A stretch of DNA of 64,000 nt from Rhabdothermincola salaria (GCF_021246445.1 NZ_JAJQXW010000002.1:124001-188000); one strand, 5' to 3'; shown: positions 30,201-39,664, counted from the stretch's first letter. The notes: generated by a model not told the origin, from the sequence alone. Made by a program: numbers and translations.

Positions 30201-31943
30201 CCCGCCGGGGTCGGCGTAGGTGAGCAGGGCCTCGACGTCCCAGGTCCCGTCGGCGCCGACCTCGAGCACGTACTCGACGGCGCGTTCCTCCTGGGGCTGC
30301 AGGGTGAACGGACCCGGGTCGACCGGTCCCTCGGCACCATCCGGGAGACGGGGACCGAAGGTCTGCTCGATCCGCACCTCGGCCACGGTCGAGCCGTCCG
30401 TACGGACCAGTTCGAGCTCCTCGGGCCAGGTGATGCCCTCGATGGCGACCGGCGCCGTGTTCTCGGCCGTCACGGTGGCGACGACCTCCCCCGGAGTGAT
30501 CTCGCCGTCCTCGGCCTCGATGTCGATGGGGTTCGGATCGAGCTCGACGGTCACGTCGAGCTCGCGACCGACCCGGCTGTTCAGCTCGGCCTCGGTGGGC
30601 CCGGCCACCGCACCCGAGGCGTCCTCACCCTGCCAGTTGCTCCGGGCGGTGAACCGGCCCGTGGTGGTCGGTTCCACCGTCCACACCAACGTGGTGGGTG
30701 ACGCGCCCCGCTGAAGGGTGAACCCCTCGGCCGGGATCGTCGGCGCCTCCACGATCTCCAGCCAGGGCGGGATGGTGAGCGCGGCACCGGCGGCGCCGAC
30801 CGGCACCACCGCGCTCAGGTCGCCCACGGTCTGCTCGGGACCAACCGCCGAAGGGGCGGAGAGGTGCACCTCGATGTCGAAGGGCTCGTCGGCCGGTAGC
30901 ACCCCGGTGCCGTCGGGGAGCTGGGGGACGGTGAGCCACACGTCGAGCGGCGGCGCCGGCACCTCCACGGACTGGCTGGCGGAATCGGTGAAGCCGTCGC
31001 TGTCCTCGGCGGTGAGGCTGATCGACTTGGTGCCCGGCGTGTCGAAGACGTGGAGAGGGCTGGTGGCGGTGGAGCTGTCCTCACCGGCGAAGTCCCACTC
31101 GTAGGTCATGGCCAGGTCCTGCTCGTGGGTGCTGGTGTTCACGAACCGGAACTCCCCGCCACCGCGCTCCTCGACCTCGAAGGCAGCATCGGGCCCGGGG
31201 TTGCGCAGGTCGCCGTCCCAGGGGACCCAGGCCTCGGCCGTCATGGACGAGTAGGTGTCGGAGCTCCCCGACTCGGTGACCACCCGCATGGTGCCGCGCA
31301 CCTTGACCCAGGTCGGTCCGTACAGGCCGTCGGGCCTGGGGGTGTTCCATGTGATGCCACACTTCGCCGCGTCGGGGCCTCGCTGCGACCAGATGGCCCC
31401 GTCGACGTTGGCCGGTCCGCCGTAGACGTAGACATTGAAGGAAGGCGACCCGCCACACACGTTGCGGGGGCCCCCTGGCATCCACATGTCGTTGTGGTAT
31501 GTCACCGACGGGACCGAGGTGCCGGGCGGCTCGAGGTAGCTGCCGGCGCAGCTCACCGACGAGTTCACGACGCCGCTCGCCATGTCGAGGTACGCACAGC
31601 CACCGATGCCCCAGGTGACGTCCAGGTAGCAGGGCGAGGGGCTCCAGACGCCGCGATTGGGCCACGCGTGGCACGGGCCCATCGTCGGGACGAGCTCGAA
31701 GTCCAGCCGCGTCCCCTCGCTGAACCGACCACCGCCGGTCATGGTCACGTCCTCGTGCTCGACGGGACATGCACCACCGATCGGGTTCCCCGACCCATCG
31801 CGCTCACAGTCCGGAAGGGGGACCGCGGGCGCGGCCTTGGCGTCGGCCGGCGCCGGATCGATCGTCTCGGGGACCACCGCCAACAGGCTCGCCAACACAG
31901 CCATCAGCACGAAGATGGTCAGGACACGTCGAATCGAGGGCAT
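27273..31943 (-). CDS. Secreted LPXTG-anchored PKD/Ig-like protein with internal EF/CyaA/ExoY-like nucleotidyl cyclase domain
   Basis: Signal peptide; PKD (YEWDF...HVFDTPG); motifs ARSNNLLITLR, GFIEKMEHMKLKN, TGDID, RHGD; C-terminal LPYTG, TM helix and RRRGR. Confidence 0.8.
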   Translation of the reverse strand: MPSIRRVLTIFVLMAVLASLLAVVPETIDPAPADAKAAPAVPLPDCERDGSGNPIGGACPVEHEDVTMTGGGRFSEGTRLDFELVPTMGPCHAWPNRGVWSPSPCYLDVTWGIGGCAYLDMASGVVNSSVSCAGSYLEPPGTSVPSVTYHNDMWMPGGPRNVCGGSPSFNVYVYGGPANVDGAIWSQRGPDAAKCGITWNTPRPDGLYGPTWVKVRGTMRVVTESGSSDTYSSMTAEAWVPWDGDLRNPGPDAAFEVEERGGGEFRFVNTSTHEQDLAMTYEWDFAGEDSSTATSPLHVFDTPGTKSISLTAEDSDGFTDSASQSVEVPAPPLDVWLTVPQLPDGTGVLPADEPFDIEVHLSAPSAVGPEQTVGDLSAVVPVGAAGAALTIPPWLEIVEAPTIPAEGFTLQRGASPTTLVWTVEPTTTGRFTARSNWQGEDASGAVAGPTEAELNSRVGRELDVTVELDPNPIDIEAEDGEITPGEVVATVTAENTAPVAIEGITWPEELELVRTDGSTVAEVRIEQTFGPRLPDGAEGPVDPGPFTLQPQEERAVEYVLEVGADGTWDVEALLTYADPGGATSASQGVGELKATVGSPLAIEMETSTGELTGWLTGGDEVKVYVDLVNLSTVNELEIDMSQMEVVAARNAGFRPLRPLDATLSAEACALPPGKVTIAPGETLSYHGLLLTSAGGATRSELGFELPGGIQIEPDGTETELDPTTYSLSPDPLELLYNVNTSVDMHPDWDAGDYATFAWYATDAFFVGVGEWMYNAVHGVVTLMELASDWENLTEAGGWLAATSLKAAKLYVDFWVFMGPAEKAAFIAEAGQKAYDLGIEAGMAVADAENQRAAAEALLPGWFADIEQAYATNDPALLGEVWGRAGGNVAAEVASCLIPTAKWKGSYSQLAEAAGEEAAQQTAAAARLARAGSGEAQRQVARQAAVNGGRVTESVATRLWGVGYAAFEAMDEFARSNNLLITLRDRTPGSIERLAQGFIEKMEHMKLKNVRAELDGPLGYLDDHADIVAFKKPIPDDELQQVLNGIADPDLRAEVATRHAKRSGEWDDYYDLYRSWEKDGFPSAFEHGTNISGGRTGDNRLPFRLNEVKGPDGEVIPDYFVPEVFVDGDWRGFTGDIDIVDIRHASGRSLNSSEARKVYEWFADSPINLRHGDTLHWFEHDELNPLKIFKIKVSQLKDFFVNGPDKLLQFSPDGARAVQLDPEKTLLVDRTVGSAERATYATYDGGYQHALTQVSTVSINGKLLEFNLDQLNPALLWTAPAGWILGDADPDAPLGICQPVADAADGLIVRQHATDPVLEVYDEATSTWSTYDTAACQATTGSSPLAAGAASPAADEGDGSVPLAYKPQTILTEPAGAGETTLEIAELPEMAPEAYPGDWFEVGDEIVIAPGTDNEERHTIAGFGSLITAEPLAHEHPRGTMVSVLNRPAATDPVDPTDPVDPTDPTDPTDPTDPTDPIDLTNPTDPAGPGGAGPGTDGSGGVDGPTLAGSESAAPVTPTGTLPYTGGSTTGWVPMALVLLAAGAALTVLGALRRRGR
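27489..27596 (-). repeat. Intragenic 9-bp tandem repeat encoding a (DPT/DPV)n stalk
   Basis: Translates TDPVDPTDPVDPTDPTDPTDPTDPIDLTNPTDP just before the sorting signal. Confidence 0.9.
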
Positions 31944-32107
31944 GCTCGTCTCCAGGAGTTCCGTCGAACGTGGTGGAACCTAGAGATCGACCGCGAACGC
32001 ACCGCGAACACCGCGCCGGCTAACACTGGGCCGAACGACCCAGTCCGGAGGACGTTCCCGCTGGTCAGCCGCTGTTCGCGCCGTCCCGCGAGATCGACGG
32101 CGTCGCG

Positions 32108-33343
32108 CTAGGGCACGTACTCGTAGCGAGCCAGAGCGCCCGGGAACAGCTCCTCCAACCAGGCCTGCTCGAGCGAGGCGGCGGCCACCTCGGCGTCGAT
32201 CCCGAACACGTCTCGCAGCTGGGCCACGGTCAGGTGGTCGATGATCCGGTACCCCAGCTCGGGCTCGAGGTCGCCCTCGGTGCAGCCGTCCTCGCCCAGC
32301 TCCAGCAGCTGGTCGGGCACCGGCAACGTCCCGGCGAACTGGGTGAGGCCGCCCTGGGCCCGGATGGGGGCGCACAGGTCGGTGAAGGCATTGTGGCCGG
32401 CGGCAGCCAGCACGGCGTAGCGCTTGGGTGGGGCCAACCAGTCGAAGAGCAGGTCCACCGAGGTGAGCGGGATGGTGGCGTCCACCTCACCGGCGAGGAT
32501 CATCGACGGCTTGTCCGGCGGGGTGGCATCCGCGTAGGCCGCAGTGAGCGCCGCCTCCCGATCGGGTGCCTCGGGGTCGACGTCGACGCCCGGCCCGGGG
32601 GCCTGGCCGATCACGGTCTTCACCTCGGGGTCGGCGGCGAAGCTCATCACCGCCGAGCCCCCGGCGCTGTGGCCCTCGACGGCGAGCTGGTCGAGGTCCA
32701 TCGAGCCGGCGAGGAGACCGCCGGCGTCGGCCTCCTCGAGCTCGGCGTAGGTGGCGCGCAACACCTCCACGTCGGCACCCCGCTCGACCGTGCCCAGCGC
32801 GGAGGCGGCCAGGTCACGTTCGACGTGCTCCGGCGACGCGGTCACGAACCCCCACGAGGCCATGTGCTCGAAGTGCTGCGAGGCGTAGGCGGCGTAACCC
32901 CCGAAGCCGTGGGAGTGGATGATCACCGGGAAGGGGCCATCGGGGGAGGGGGCGACGTCGCGGTAGGCGTCGAGGGGGATGTCCTGCACGAACTGCTCGG
33001 GCATGACGGCGCGCACGGCCTCGGGGAAGGCCACCGCCGAGCTGTAGCCGTCGACCACCTCGGCCTCGGCCGTGGCGGCAGCATCGGCCGGGTAGAAGAC
33101 GTAGGCCACCCGGTCGCCCATGTCGATGGTGGTGGTGCCCACCTCGTAGGGGCCCGGGCCACTGAAGTCGACGGGCTCGACAGCGGGAACCGTGGTGGTC
33201 GTGGTGCCATCACCGCCACCGTCGTCGGACGAGCTGCTGCAGGCGGCGAGCAGCACCATGGAGAAGCCCAGGGCGGCCACCACGGCCGTGCGCGGTCGTC
33301 GGATGGCCGGGCGCGTCTCGGCGTCGTCGGTGATGTGGTGCAC
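32108..33343 (-). CDS. Lipoprotein alpha/beta hydrolase (PAF-AH/chlorophyllase-like)
   Basis: Lipobox LLAAC; PGPYEVG, HSHGFGG, GHSAGG nucleophile elbow, GEVD, AGHNAF. Confidence 0.88.
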   Translation of the reverse strand: MHHITDDAETRPAIRRPRTAVVAALGFSMVLLAACSSSSDDGGGDGTTTTTVPAVEPVDFSGPGPYEVGTTTIDMGDRVAYVFYPADAAATAEAEVVDGYSSAVAFPEAVRAVMPEQFVQDIPLDAYRDVAPSPDGPFPVIIHSHGFGGYAAYASQHFEHMASWGFVTASPEHVERDLAASALGTVERGADVEVLRATYAELEEADAGGLLAGSMDLDQLAVEGHSAGGSAVMSFAADPEVKTVIGQAPGPGVDVDPEAPDREAALTAAYADATPPDKPSMILAGEVDATIPLTSVDLLFDWLAPPKRYAVLAAAGHNAFTDLCAPIRAQGGLTQFAGTLPVPDQLLELGEDGCTEGDLEPELGYRIIDHLTVAQLRDVFGIDAEVAAASLEQAWLEELFPGALARYEYVP

Positions 33344-33497
33344 GTGTCCCCCCAGGTCGACGGGTCGTCCGCCAGTGATCCGGCCAGTCTTGCCCACCGG
33401 ATGACGGTGCTGTCGGGTCGAGCGGGTGCACGGACCCTTGGACCCGCCGGTGTGGCTCGCCGGGCGGATGTCGGCCGGCCGGCCCCGACCAGGTGGG

Positions 33498-33758
33498 TCA
33501 GGTGGCCTTGGACGTCTTGCGATGCTGGCGGATGGCCCCGAACCCCAGCCAGGCCGCGGCACCGACGATGGCCGAGCCGAGGATCACCCCCCACAACGGG
33601 GACGTGAAGCTCCACAACAAGAAGTCGATGGTGACCGATTTGGTGTTCTGCAACATGAACACCAGCAGCAGCACGATCGCCACGATCAAGGTGATGCCGC
33701 CGGCCCCGACGGGCAGTGAGCTCTTGGGCGGGCCGTGCTCGTGCGTCTGGTCAGCCAT
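33498..33758 (-). CDS. LapA/DUF1049 family membrane protein
   Basis: Two TM helices flanking FMLQNTKSVTIDFLLW...PLW. Confidence 0.85.
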   Translation of the reverse strand: MADQTHEHGPPKSSLPVGAGGITLIVAIVLLLVFMLQNTKSVTIDFLLWSFTSPLWGVILGSAIVGAAAWLGFGAIRQHRKTSKAT

Positions 33759-33890
33759 GCCGATCCCCTCTCGTGGGCGTCCGTGGTCGATGTTACGGGG
33801 GCAGGGTTCGAGTCGCCGGAACCATCCGGGTCACCAGGGCCATCCGAGGCGCCGGAGCCACCCGGGCACCGGGACCACCCGACCCCGTGG

Positions 33891-34251
33891 TCAACCGGCT
33901 CCGGTCGGCCCGTCGCTCTCGTAGCGCTCGGCGGCGGCGCCGTAGATGCCCTTGGCCATGAGCGAGCGCTCGGCCCGGCGGCGGGCCCGGTAGACCTCGG
34001 CGGCCACCGCCCGCGCGGTGCGGTCGTCGGGGTCGGCCTGCACCGCCCACTCGGCCAGCTGGCAGGCCAGTCGGTGCCCGTCGGCGTCGCTGGCCGCCGC
34101 GCTCAGCGCCTCGGCCCGGGCGACCAGCACCGCCGCGCCGCCGGCGAGAGCGGCCACCTCGCCGGCCACCTCGGCGTCGGGCGCCGGGGATGGCTCCCCC
34201 GGCCACGGCGCCGTCGACGAAGCGGGCGGACAGCTCGAGCAGGTCGGTCAC
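33891..34251 (-). pseudogene. Alkyl sulfatase-like gene remnant with large internal deletion
   Basis: RBS plus MTDLLELSARFVDG start joined out of frame to PAPDAEVAGEVAALAGGA...RLACQLAEWA...ERSLMAKGIY C-terminus. Confidence 0.75.
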
Positions 34252-34283
34252 GCCTGTCTCCCCTCAGTGGCCTCCGGTGCGCC

Positions 34284-35018
34284 TCAACCGGCGCCGAGCA
34301 TCGACAGCCACTCCTGCACGTTGCGGGGGCGGAACACGAAGTTGGTGCGGCGGGTCTCGCCCATGGGCGCCGACGGCTGGGGTGAGTAGAGGTGGCCCGG
34401 GAAGAGGATGGCGTCGTCGGGCACCTTGGCCAGCTTCTGGGTGACGCTCTCGTACAGGGCGGCGGCGTCGCCTCCGGGGAGGTCGGTGCGGCCGCAGCCC
34501 TCGAGGAAGAGCGTGTCGCCCGAGACGAGCATGCCGTCGACGAAGAAGCACTGGCTGCCCGGCGTGTGCCCGGGCGTGTGGATGAGCTCGATGGGGATCT
34601 CGCCGACCATGACGGTGTCGCCGCTGTGGTGGGTGACGAGGTCGGTGGTCTCGAGGTCGGTGACCTTCTGGACGTAGGGGGCCTCGTCGGCCTGCACGTG
34701 CACCGGCACCTGGGTGCGGGCCAGGAGCTCGTGGACGCCCTCGATGCCGTAGCCCATCATGTCGCCGCCCACGTGGTCGGGGTGGTAGTGGGTGGCCAGC
34801 GCGCCGGTGAGGCGCATGCCGTCGGCCTCCACGACGTCGAGGATGCCGCCGATGTCGTAGGCCGGGTCGATGGCCACCGCCTCGCCCGTCTCGCGGTCGC
34901 CCACGAGGTAGACGAAGTTGACCATCTGGCGGGCCACCGGGTCCTGGGTGGCGATGTCTCGTCCCGCCAGCAGCTGGCGGAAGTAGAGGCGGCTGGGAGC
35001 GGCAGCGGCGTCGGACAT
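34284..35018 (-). CDS. MBL-fold metallo-hydrolase (glyoxalase II-like)
   Basis: THYHPDH, HTPGHTPGS, SGDTLF, PGH. Confidence 0.93.
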   Translation of the reverse strand: MSDAAAAPSRLYFRQLLAGRDIATQDPVARQMVNFVYLVGDRETGEAVAIDPAYDIGGILDVVEADGMRLTGALATHYHPDHVGGDMMGYGIEGVHELLARTQVPVHVQADEAPYVQKVTDLETTDLVTHHSGDTVMVGEIPIELIHTPGHTPGSQCFFVDGMLVSGDTLFLEGCGRTDLPGGDAAALYESVTQKLAKVPDDAILFPGHLYSPQPSAPMGETRRTNFVFRPRNVQEWLSMLGAG

Positions 35019-35056
35019 GAGGCCATTCTGGCGCGGCTCTGGCACAATCCACTGAC

Positions 35057-36052
35057 GTGAGCGTCAGTTCCGGATCCCGGAGGACCCGCACCTCGATGGT
35101 GCCGCCTCCCGATCTGCTGCCCGATGTGTTGCCCACCGAGCGGCTCACGGCCACGGGCATGCCGGTGCCCGCCCTCCGCGATGAGCTGCGGCGCATCCCC
35201 ACGGTGCGCAACGTGGCCAACGTGGCGTCGGTGTGGATCCAATCGGTGGGGATGCTGGCCCTGGCCGCGTGGGTCTCGGCACAGGCGCCGACGGCGGTGG
35301 CGGTGGGCGTGTGGATCGTCGCCTTCGTGCTCATGGGCCGGGCCTTCGCCCTGTTCTCGATCCTGGCCCACGAGGCCGCCCACCGCCTGCTGTTCCCCGA
35401 GAAGCGGTGGAACGACCTGGTCGGCAAGTGGTTGCTGGCCTACCCGGCGTTCGTGCCCTTCGACGCGTATCGGCGCAGCCACTTCGCCCACCACAAGGAC
35501 GAGCTGGGCCCCCACGAGCCCGATCTCAACCTGTACCGGGGCTACCCGATCACCAAGGCCTCGTGGCACCGCAAGCTGCGTCGCGACGCCTTCGGCTCCT
35601 CGGGCGGGAAGAACCTGAAGGGCCTCCTCGGCGCCCTGCGCTCGGCCACCAGCCGGCCCGTGGCGCTGCGCATCGTGGCCACCCAGGCGGTGCTGGCGGT
35701 GGCGCTCGGGGTGGCGTTCGGTCGCTGGTGGCTGTGGCCGCTCCTCTGGTTGGCGCCGTGGATGACGGTGTGGCGGGTGCTCAACCGGTTGCGGGCGGTG
35801 GCCGAGCACGGCGGCATGGAGCGATCGGCCGATCGGCGCCGCACCACCCACGTGGTCGACCAGCACTGGGCCTCCCGGTTCTGGATCGTGCCGTTCAACA
35901 CCGGCTGGCACCTGGCCCACCACGCCGACATGGGCGTGCCCTTCCAACACCTGCCGGCCGTGCACCGAGAGCTGGTCGACTCGGGCTGGGTCACGCCCCA
36001 GATCACCTACCGCAGCTACACCCAGCTCTGGAAGACTGCGTCGACGGGCTGA
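35057..36052 (+). CDS. Membrane fatty acid desaturase family protein
   Basis: His boxes HEAAH, HFAHH, HLAHH. Confidence 0.92.
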   Translation: MSVSSGSRRTRTSMVPPPDLLPDVLPTERLTATGMPVPALRDELRRIPTVRNVANVASVWIQSVGMLALAAWVSAQAPTAVAVGVWIVAFVLMGRAFALFSILAHEAAHRLLFPEKRWNDLVGKWLLAYPAFVPFDAYRRSHFAHHKDELGPHEPDLNLYRGYPITKASWHRKLRRDAFGSSGGKNLKGLLGALRSATSRPVALRIVATQAVLAVALGVAFGRWWLWPLLWLAPWMTVWRVLNRLRAVAEHGGMERSADRRRTTHVVDQHWASRFWIVPFNTGWHLAHHADMGVPFQHLPAVHRELVDSGWVTPQITYRSYTQLWKTASTG

Positions 36053-36153
36053 GCCACGCCACGTCCGACCGGCGGGCGTCGACGCTCCGACATCGCCGTC
36101 GGGACATCGGAAGTAGACTTCGCCTGTTCGCACCGGCCACCAGGGGGACCGCC

Positions 36154-37371
36154 ATGACCGACGTCGCTGCTCGCGCCGAGCGCACGCACGAGCCGCTCAC
36201 CGACCAGTTCCTCGGCGTCGAGCTGTCGGTCGCCGACGCCCCGGCGTACTACGCCGAGCTGCGGGCGAAGGGCCGGCTGTTGTGGAACGCCTCCCAGGGC
36301 TTCTGGGTGGCGCCGCACCACGCCGAGGTGATGGCCGTGAGCACCGACCCGGCCACCTTCCGCTCGGGCCAGGGCATCCTCACCTTCGAGATCGGCGCCG
36401 AGTACGCCACGCCGCCCACGATGATGCACACCGACCCGCCTGAGCACACCCGCTACCGGTCGCTGGTGCAGCCCGCCTTCGGCCGGCGGGTCGTGCGCAC
36501 CCTCGACGAGTCGGTGCGGGCCGCGGCCGAGGCCCTGGTCGCCGACCTGCCCGTCGGCGAGCCGGTTGACGTGGTGGCCCCGCTGGCGGTGCCCCTGCCG
36601 GTGCAGGTGATCGCCCAGCTCCTCGGCCTTCCCGAGGAGCGCTGGGACGACGTGTGGGAGTGGTCCGAGGCGTCGATCCCCGGCACCGACACCTACGCCG
36701 ACCCCGAGCGCCGGGCCGCGTTGCACGACGAGATGCTCCAGGAGCTCCTGCGCCTCGTCGGCCAGGCCCGCACCAACCCGACCGACGACGTCATCTCCCA
36801 GCTCGTCGGGGTGGAGGTCGACGGCGACCGCCTCACCGACGACGAGATGACGATGTTCCTCAACCAGCTGCTGGTGGCCGGCAACGAGACCACCCGCAAC
36901 ACCATCTCGGGGGGACTGGTGGCGCTGGCCGAGAACCCCGACCAGTGGCAGCGGCTGGTCGAGGACCGCTCGCTCGTGCCCGGTGCCGTCGAGGAGATCC
37001 TGCGCTGGACCACCGCCGTCATCTACTTCATGCGCACCGCCACCCGCGACGTGGTCCTTGGCGGAGAGCAGGTCCTCGCCGGCGACCCGGTGGTGATGCT
37101 CTACGCCTCGGCCAACCTCGACCCCGAGCAGTTCGGGCCCGACGCCGCCGAGTTCCGCATCGACCGCGCACCGAACCACCACGTGGCGTTCGGGTTCGGC
37201 GCCCACTTCTGCCTCGGCGCGGCGCTGGCCCGCCTCGAGGTGGCGGCCGTGCTCGACGCCCTGCTCGACCGGGGCGTCACCCGCCTCGAGCTGGCCGGCC
37301 CGGTGGGTCGCTCACGCTCCAACATCATCGCCGGGGTCACCGAGGCCCCCATGGTCCTGCACACCTCCTGA
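36154..37371 (+). CDS. Cytochrome P450
   Basis: AGNETT, EEILR, FGFGAHFCLG. Confidence 0.96.
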   Translation: MTDVAARAERTHEPLTDQFLGVELSVADAPAYYAELRAKGRLLWNASQGFWVAPHHAEVMAVSTDPATFRSGQGILTFEIGAEYATPPTMMHTDPPEHTRYRSLVQPAFGRRVVRTLDESVRAAAEALVADLPVGEPVDVVAPLAVPLPVQVIAQLLGLPEERWDDVWEWSEASIPGTDTYADPERRAALHDEMLQELLRLVGQARTNPTDDVISQLVGVEVDGDRLTDDEMTMFLNQLLVAGNETTRNTISGGLVALAENPDQWQRLVEDRSLVPGAVEEILRWTTAVIYFMRTATRDVVLGGEQVLAGDPVVMLYASANLDPEQFGPDAAEFRIDRAPNHHVAFGFGAHFCLGAALARLEVAAVLDALLDRGVTRLELAGPVGRSRSNIIAGVTEAPMVLHTS

Positions 37372-37391
37372 AACCGGAGCCTCTCGGCGCA

Positions 37392-38690
37392 TCAGTTGCG
37401 GTGGTCGTCCGCCCAGACCTGCTCGGCGCGGCGGGCGACGTCGCGCAACGGGCGGCCCAGGGCGCGGGCGGCAGCGGCCACGTCGTCGTGCTCGGCCTTG
37501 GCCCGTGACCCGCTGACCTTCACCCGCACGGTCTGGCCGTCGACCTCGACGGTGTGGACCTCGCGCGCCTGGGGCCAGCGCTGCATCGTCGAGGCCCGCA
37601 CCCCGAGGGTGCCGGTCTCGGCAACGAGTAGGTCCCGCAACACCGGGGCGAGGGCGGGGTCGGCCAGCACGTGCACGGTGTGGGCCGGCCGCCCCTTCTT
37701 CATGACGATGGGCGTGACCCAGGCGTCGTGGGCGCCAGCGTCGAGCAGGCGGGCGATGGTGTGGGCCAGCACCTCGCCGGTGACGTCGTCGACGTTGGCC
37801 TCGAGCGCCACCACGGGCTGGCCCTCGGCCACCGAGCCGTCGGCCGCGGTGCGGGTGCCGAGAACCACCTGGGTGAGGTTGGGGCGCTCGTCGAGCTCGG
37901 CGGTGCCGGCCCCGAAGCCGCTGGCGGTGATGGTCATGGCCGGCATGGGCCCCCACTGCACGACGTTGGCGGCCAGCAGCGCGGCGCCGGTGGGGGTGGT
38001 GAGCTCGCGGGCGATGGGCAGCCCGTAGGTGGGGGCGCCGGCCAGCAGCGACACCACCGCCGGGACGGGCACCGGCAGCTCGCCGTGGGCGGCCCGAACG
38101 GTGCCGAGGCCGTCGGCCACGGGGCTGGAGGCGACCTCGTCGACGCCGAGCACCTCGAGGGCGGCGCAGGTGCCGACCACGTCGACGATGGCGTCGAGGG
38201 CGCCGACCTCGTGGAAGTGGACCGTCTCGGGCGGCTGGCGGTGCAGGTGGCCCTCGGCCTCGGCCAGGGCCCGGAAGGTGGCCAACGCCCGACGGTGCAC
38301 CCGATCGGGCAGGCCCGCCTCGGCCACGATGGCCACCACATCGGAGGCGCGGCGGTGCGGCGGCGAGGCCTCCGTGCGCACGTGGACCTTGGTGCCGCCG
38401 ATCCCGGAGCGCATGACCGTCTCGGTCTCGAGCGACCAGCCGCTCACCGGGAGGCGGGCCAGCAGGGCTCGCACCTCGTCGAGGTCGGCGCCGGCGTCGA
38501 GCAGAGCGCCGAGGGCCATGTCGCCGGCGATGCCCGAGAAGCAGTGGAACCAGGCCACGGTGGTGCCGGGCGCCCCGCCCGACGCCGGCACCGTCACCCC
38601 GTCCCACGCCAGGGCGGACGGGGCGCTGTCGTGGCTGTGGTCGTGGCTGTGGTCGTGGGGATGCGTGTGGTCGTGCTGGTGGTCAGCCAC
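37392..38690 (-). CDS. larC: Nickel pincer cofactor biosynthesis protein LarC
   Basis: CFSGIAGDM, HFHEVGALD, TPTGAA, EANVDD, MKKGRP, ETGTLGVR; His-rich N-terminus. Confidence 0.93.
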   Translation of the reverse strand: MADHQHDHTHPHDHSHDHSHDSAPSALAWDGVTVPASGGAPGTTVAWFHCFSGIAGDMALGALLDAGADLDEVRALLARLPVSGWSLETETVMRSGIGGTKVHVRTEASPPHRRASDVVAIVAEAGLPDRVHRRALATFRALAEAEGHLHRQPPETVHFHEVGALDAIVDVVGTCAALEVLGVDEVASSPVADGLGTVRAAHGELPVPVPAVVSLLAGAPTYGLPIARELTTPTGAALLAANVVQWGPMPAMTITASGFGAGTAELDERPNLTQVVLGTRTAADGSVAEGQPVVALEANVDDVTGEVLAHTIARLLDAGAHDAWVTPIVMKKGRPAHTVHVLADPALAPVLRDLLVAETGTLGVRASTMQRWPQAREVHTVEVDGQTVRVKVSGSRAKAEHDDVAAAARALGRPLRDVARRAEQVWADDHRN

Positions 38691-39567
38691 GAGGCGACGC
38701 TCCGCCCGCTGGGGCCCAGGCGGCGGGCGACCCTGCGGCATCCTGAACCGCCCGCCCCGAGCCTGAGGGTGAGGTCGAGGTCGAGGTCGAGGTCGAGGTG
38801 TTCAGCATGCGCAACACGGCGCAGGCGGCGCCGAAGCCGTTGTCGATGCCGACCACGCTGAGGCCCGAGGCGCACGACGCCATCATCCCGAGCAGGGCGG
38901 TGACCCCCGCCAGCCCTGATCCGTAGCCCACGCTGGTGGGGACGGCCACGACCGGAGCGGCGGTGAGGCCGGCGACCACGCTCGACAGGGCGCCTTCCAT
39001 GCCGGCCACCACGACGAGGGCGTCACAGGCCACCAGCTCGTCGACGGCGTCGAGGACCCGGTGCAGGCCGGCCACGCCGATGTCGGTGATGCGCAGCGGG
39101 TCGAGGCCGTGGGCGGCGAGCGTGACCGCCGCTTCCTCGGCCACGGGCAGGTCGGCGGTGCCGGCGGCGACCACGGCCACCCGCTCGGGGCGCGGGGCGG
39201 CCGGCCGCCAGACGATCGTGTGCAAGGTGCGCCCAGCAGGGTCGCCGGCCCCGGCCTCGGTGCTGCGGCCGCCCGGGTTGGCCCCGAGAGCGGCCTCGCG
39301 CTGAGGCCCGTCGGCCCGGGACAGCAGCACCGGTGTGGACCCGGGCTGGGCCAGCAGCTCGCCGACGATGGCGGCGCAGTGCTCGGGGCTCTTGCCCGGG
39401 GCGTAGACCGCCTCGGCCATGCCCTGGCGGAGTTGGCGGTGGTGGTCGATGCGGGCGAAGCCGAGATCGGCGAAGGGCAGGCGTCGCAGTTGGGCCACGG
39501 CGTCGTCGGCGCTGACCGTGCCCGAGCGGATGCCGTCCACCAGTCCCCGCAGGGCCATCTCGTCCAT
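38683..39567 (-). CDS. larB: Nickel pincer cofactor biosynthesis protein LarB
   Basis: ARIDHHR, AGTADLPVAEEA, DIGVAGLHR, AGMEGAL, VPTSVGYG, IDNGFGAA. Confidence 0.94.
   Translation of the reverse strand: MDEMALRGLVDGIRSGTVSADDAVAQLRRLPFADLGFARIDHHRQLRQGMAEAVYAPGKSPEHCAAIVGELLAQPGSTPVLLSRADGPQREAALGANPGGRSTEAGAGDPAGRTLHTIVWRPAAPRPERVAVVAAGTADLPVAEEAAVTLAAHGLDPLRITDIGVAGLHRVLDAVDELVACDALVVVAGMEGALSSVVAGLTAAPVVAVPTSVGYGSGLAGVTALLGMMASCASGLSVVGIDNGFGAACAVLRMLNTSTSTSTSTSPSGSGRAVQDAAGSPAAWAPAGGASPRG
38771..38799. repeat. Hexamer tandem repeat (GAGGTC) x about 4.8 in the larB 3' extension
   Basis: gaggtc gaggtc gaggtc gaggtc gaggt; encodes TSTSTSTSTS. Confidence 0.85.
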
Positions 39568-39664
39568 CCCCCCATCCTCCCCGATCGTCGGGGTCGACAC
39601 CGCACCGACCGTGGCGCGGCGGAACTCGCCGGGTCCGATCGACCGGTGTCGTTATCCTCCGACC

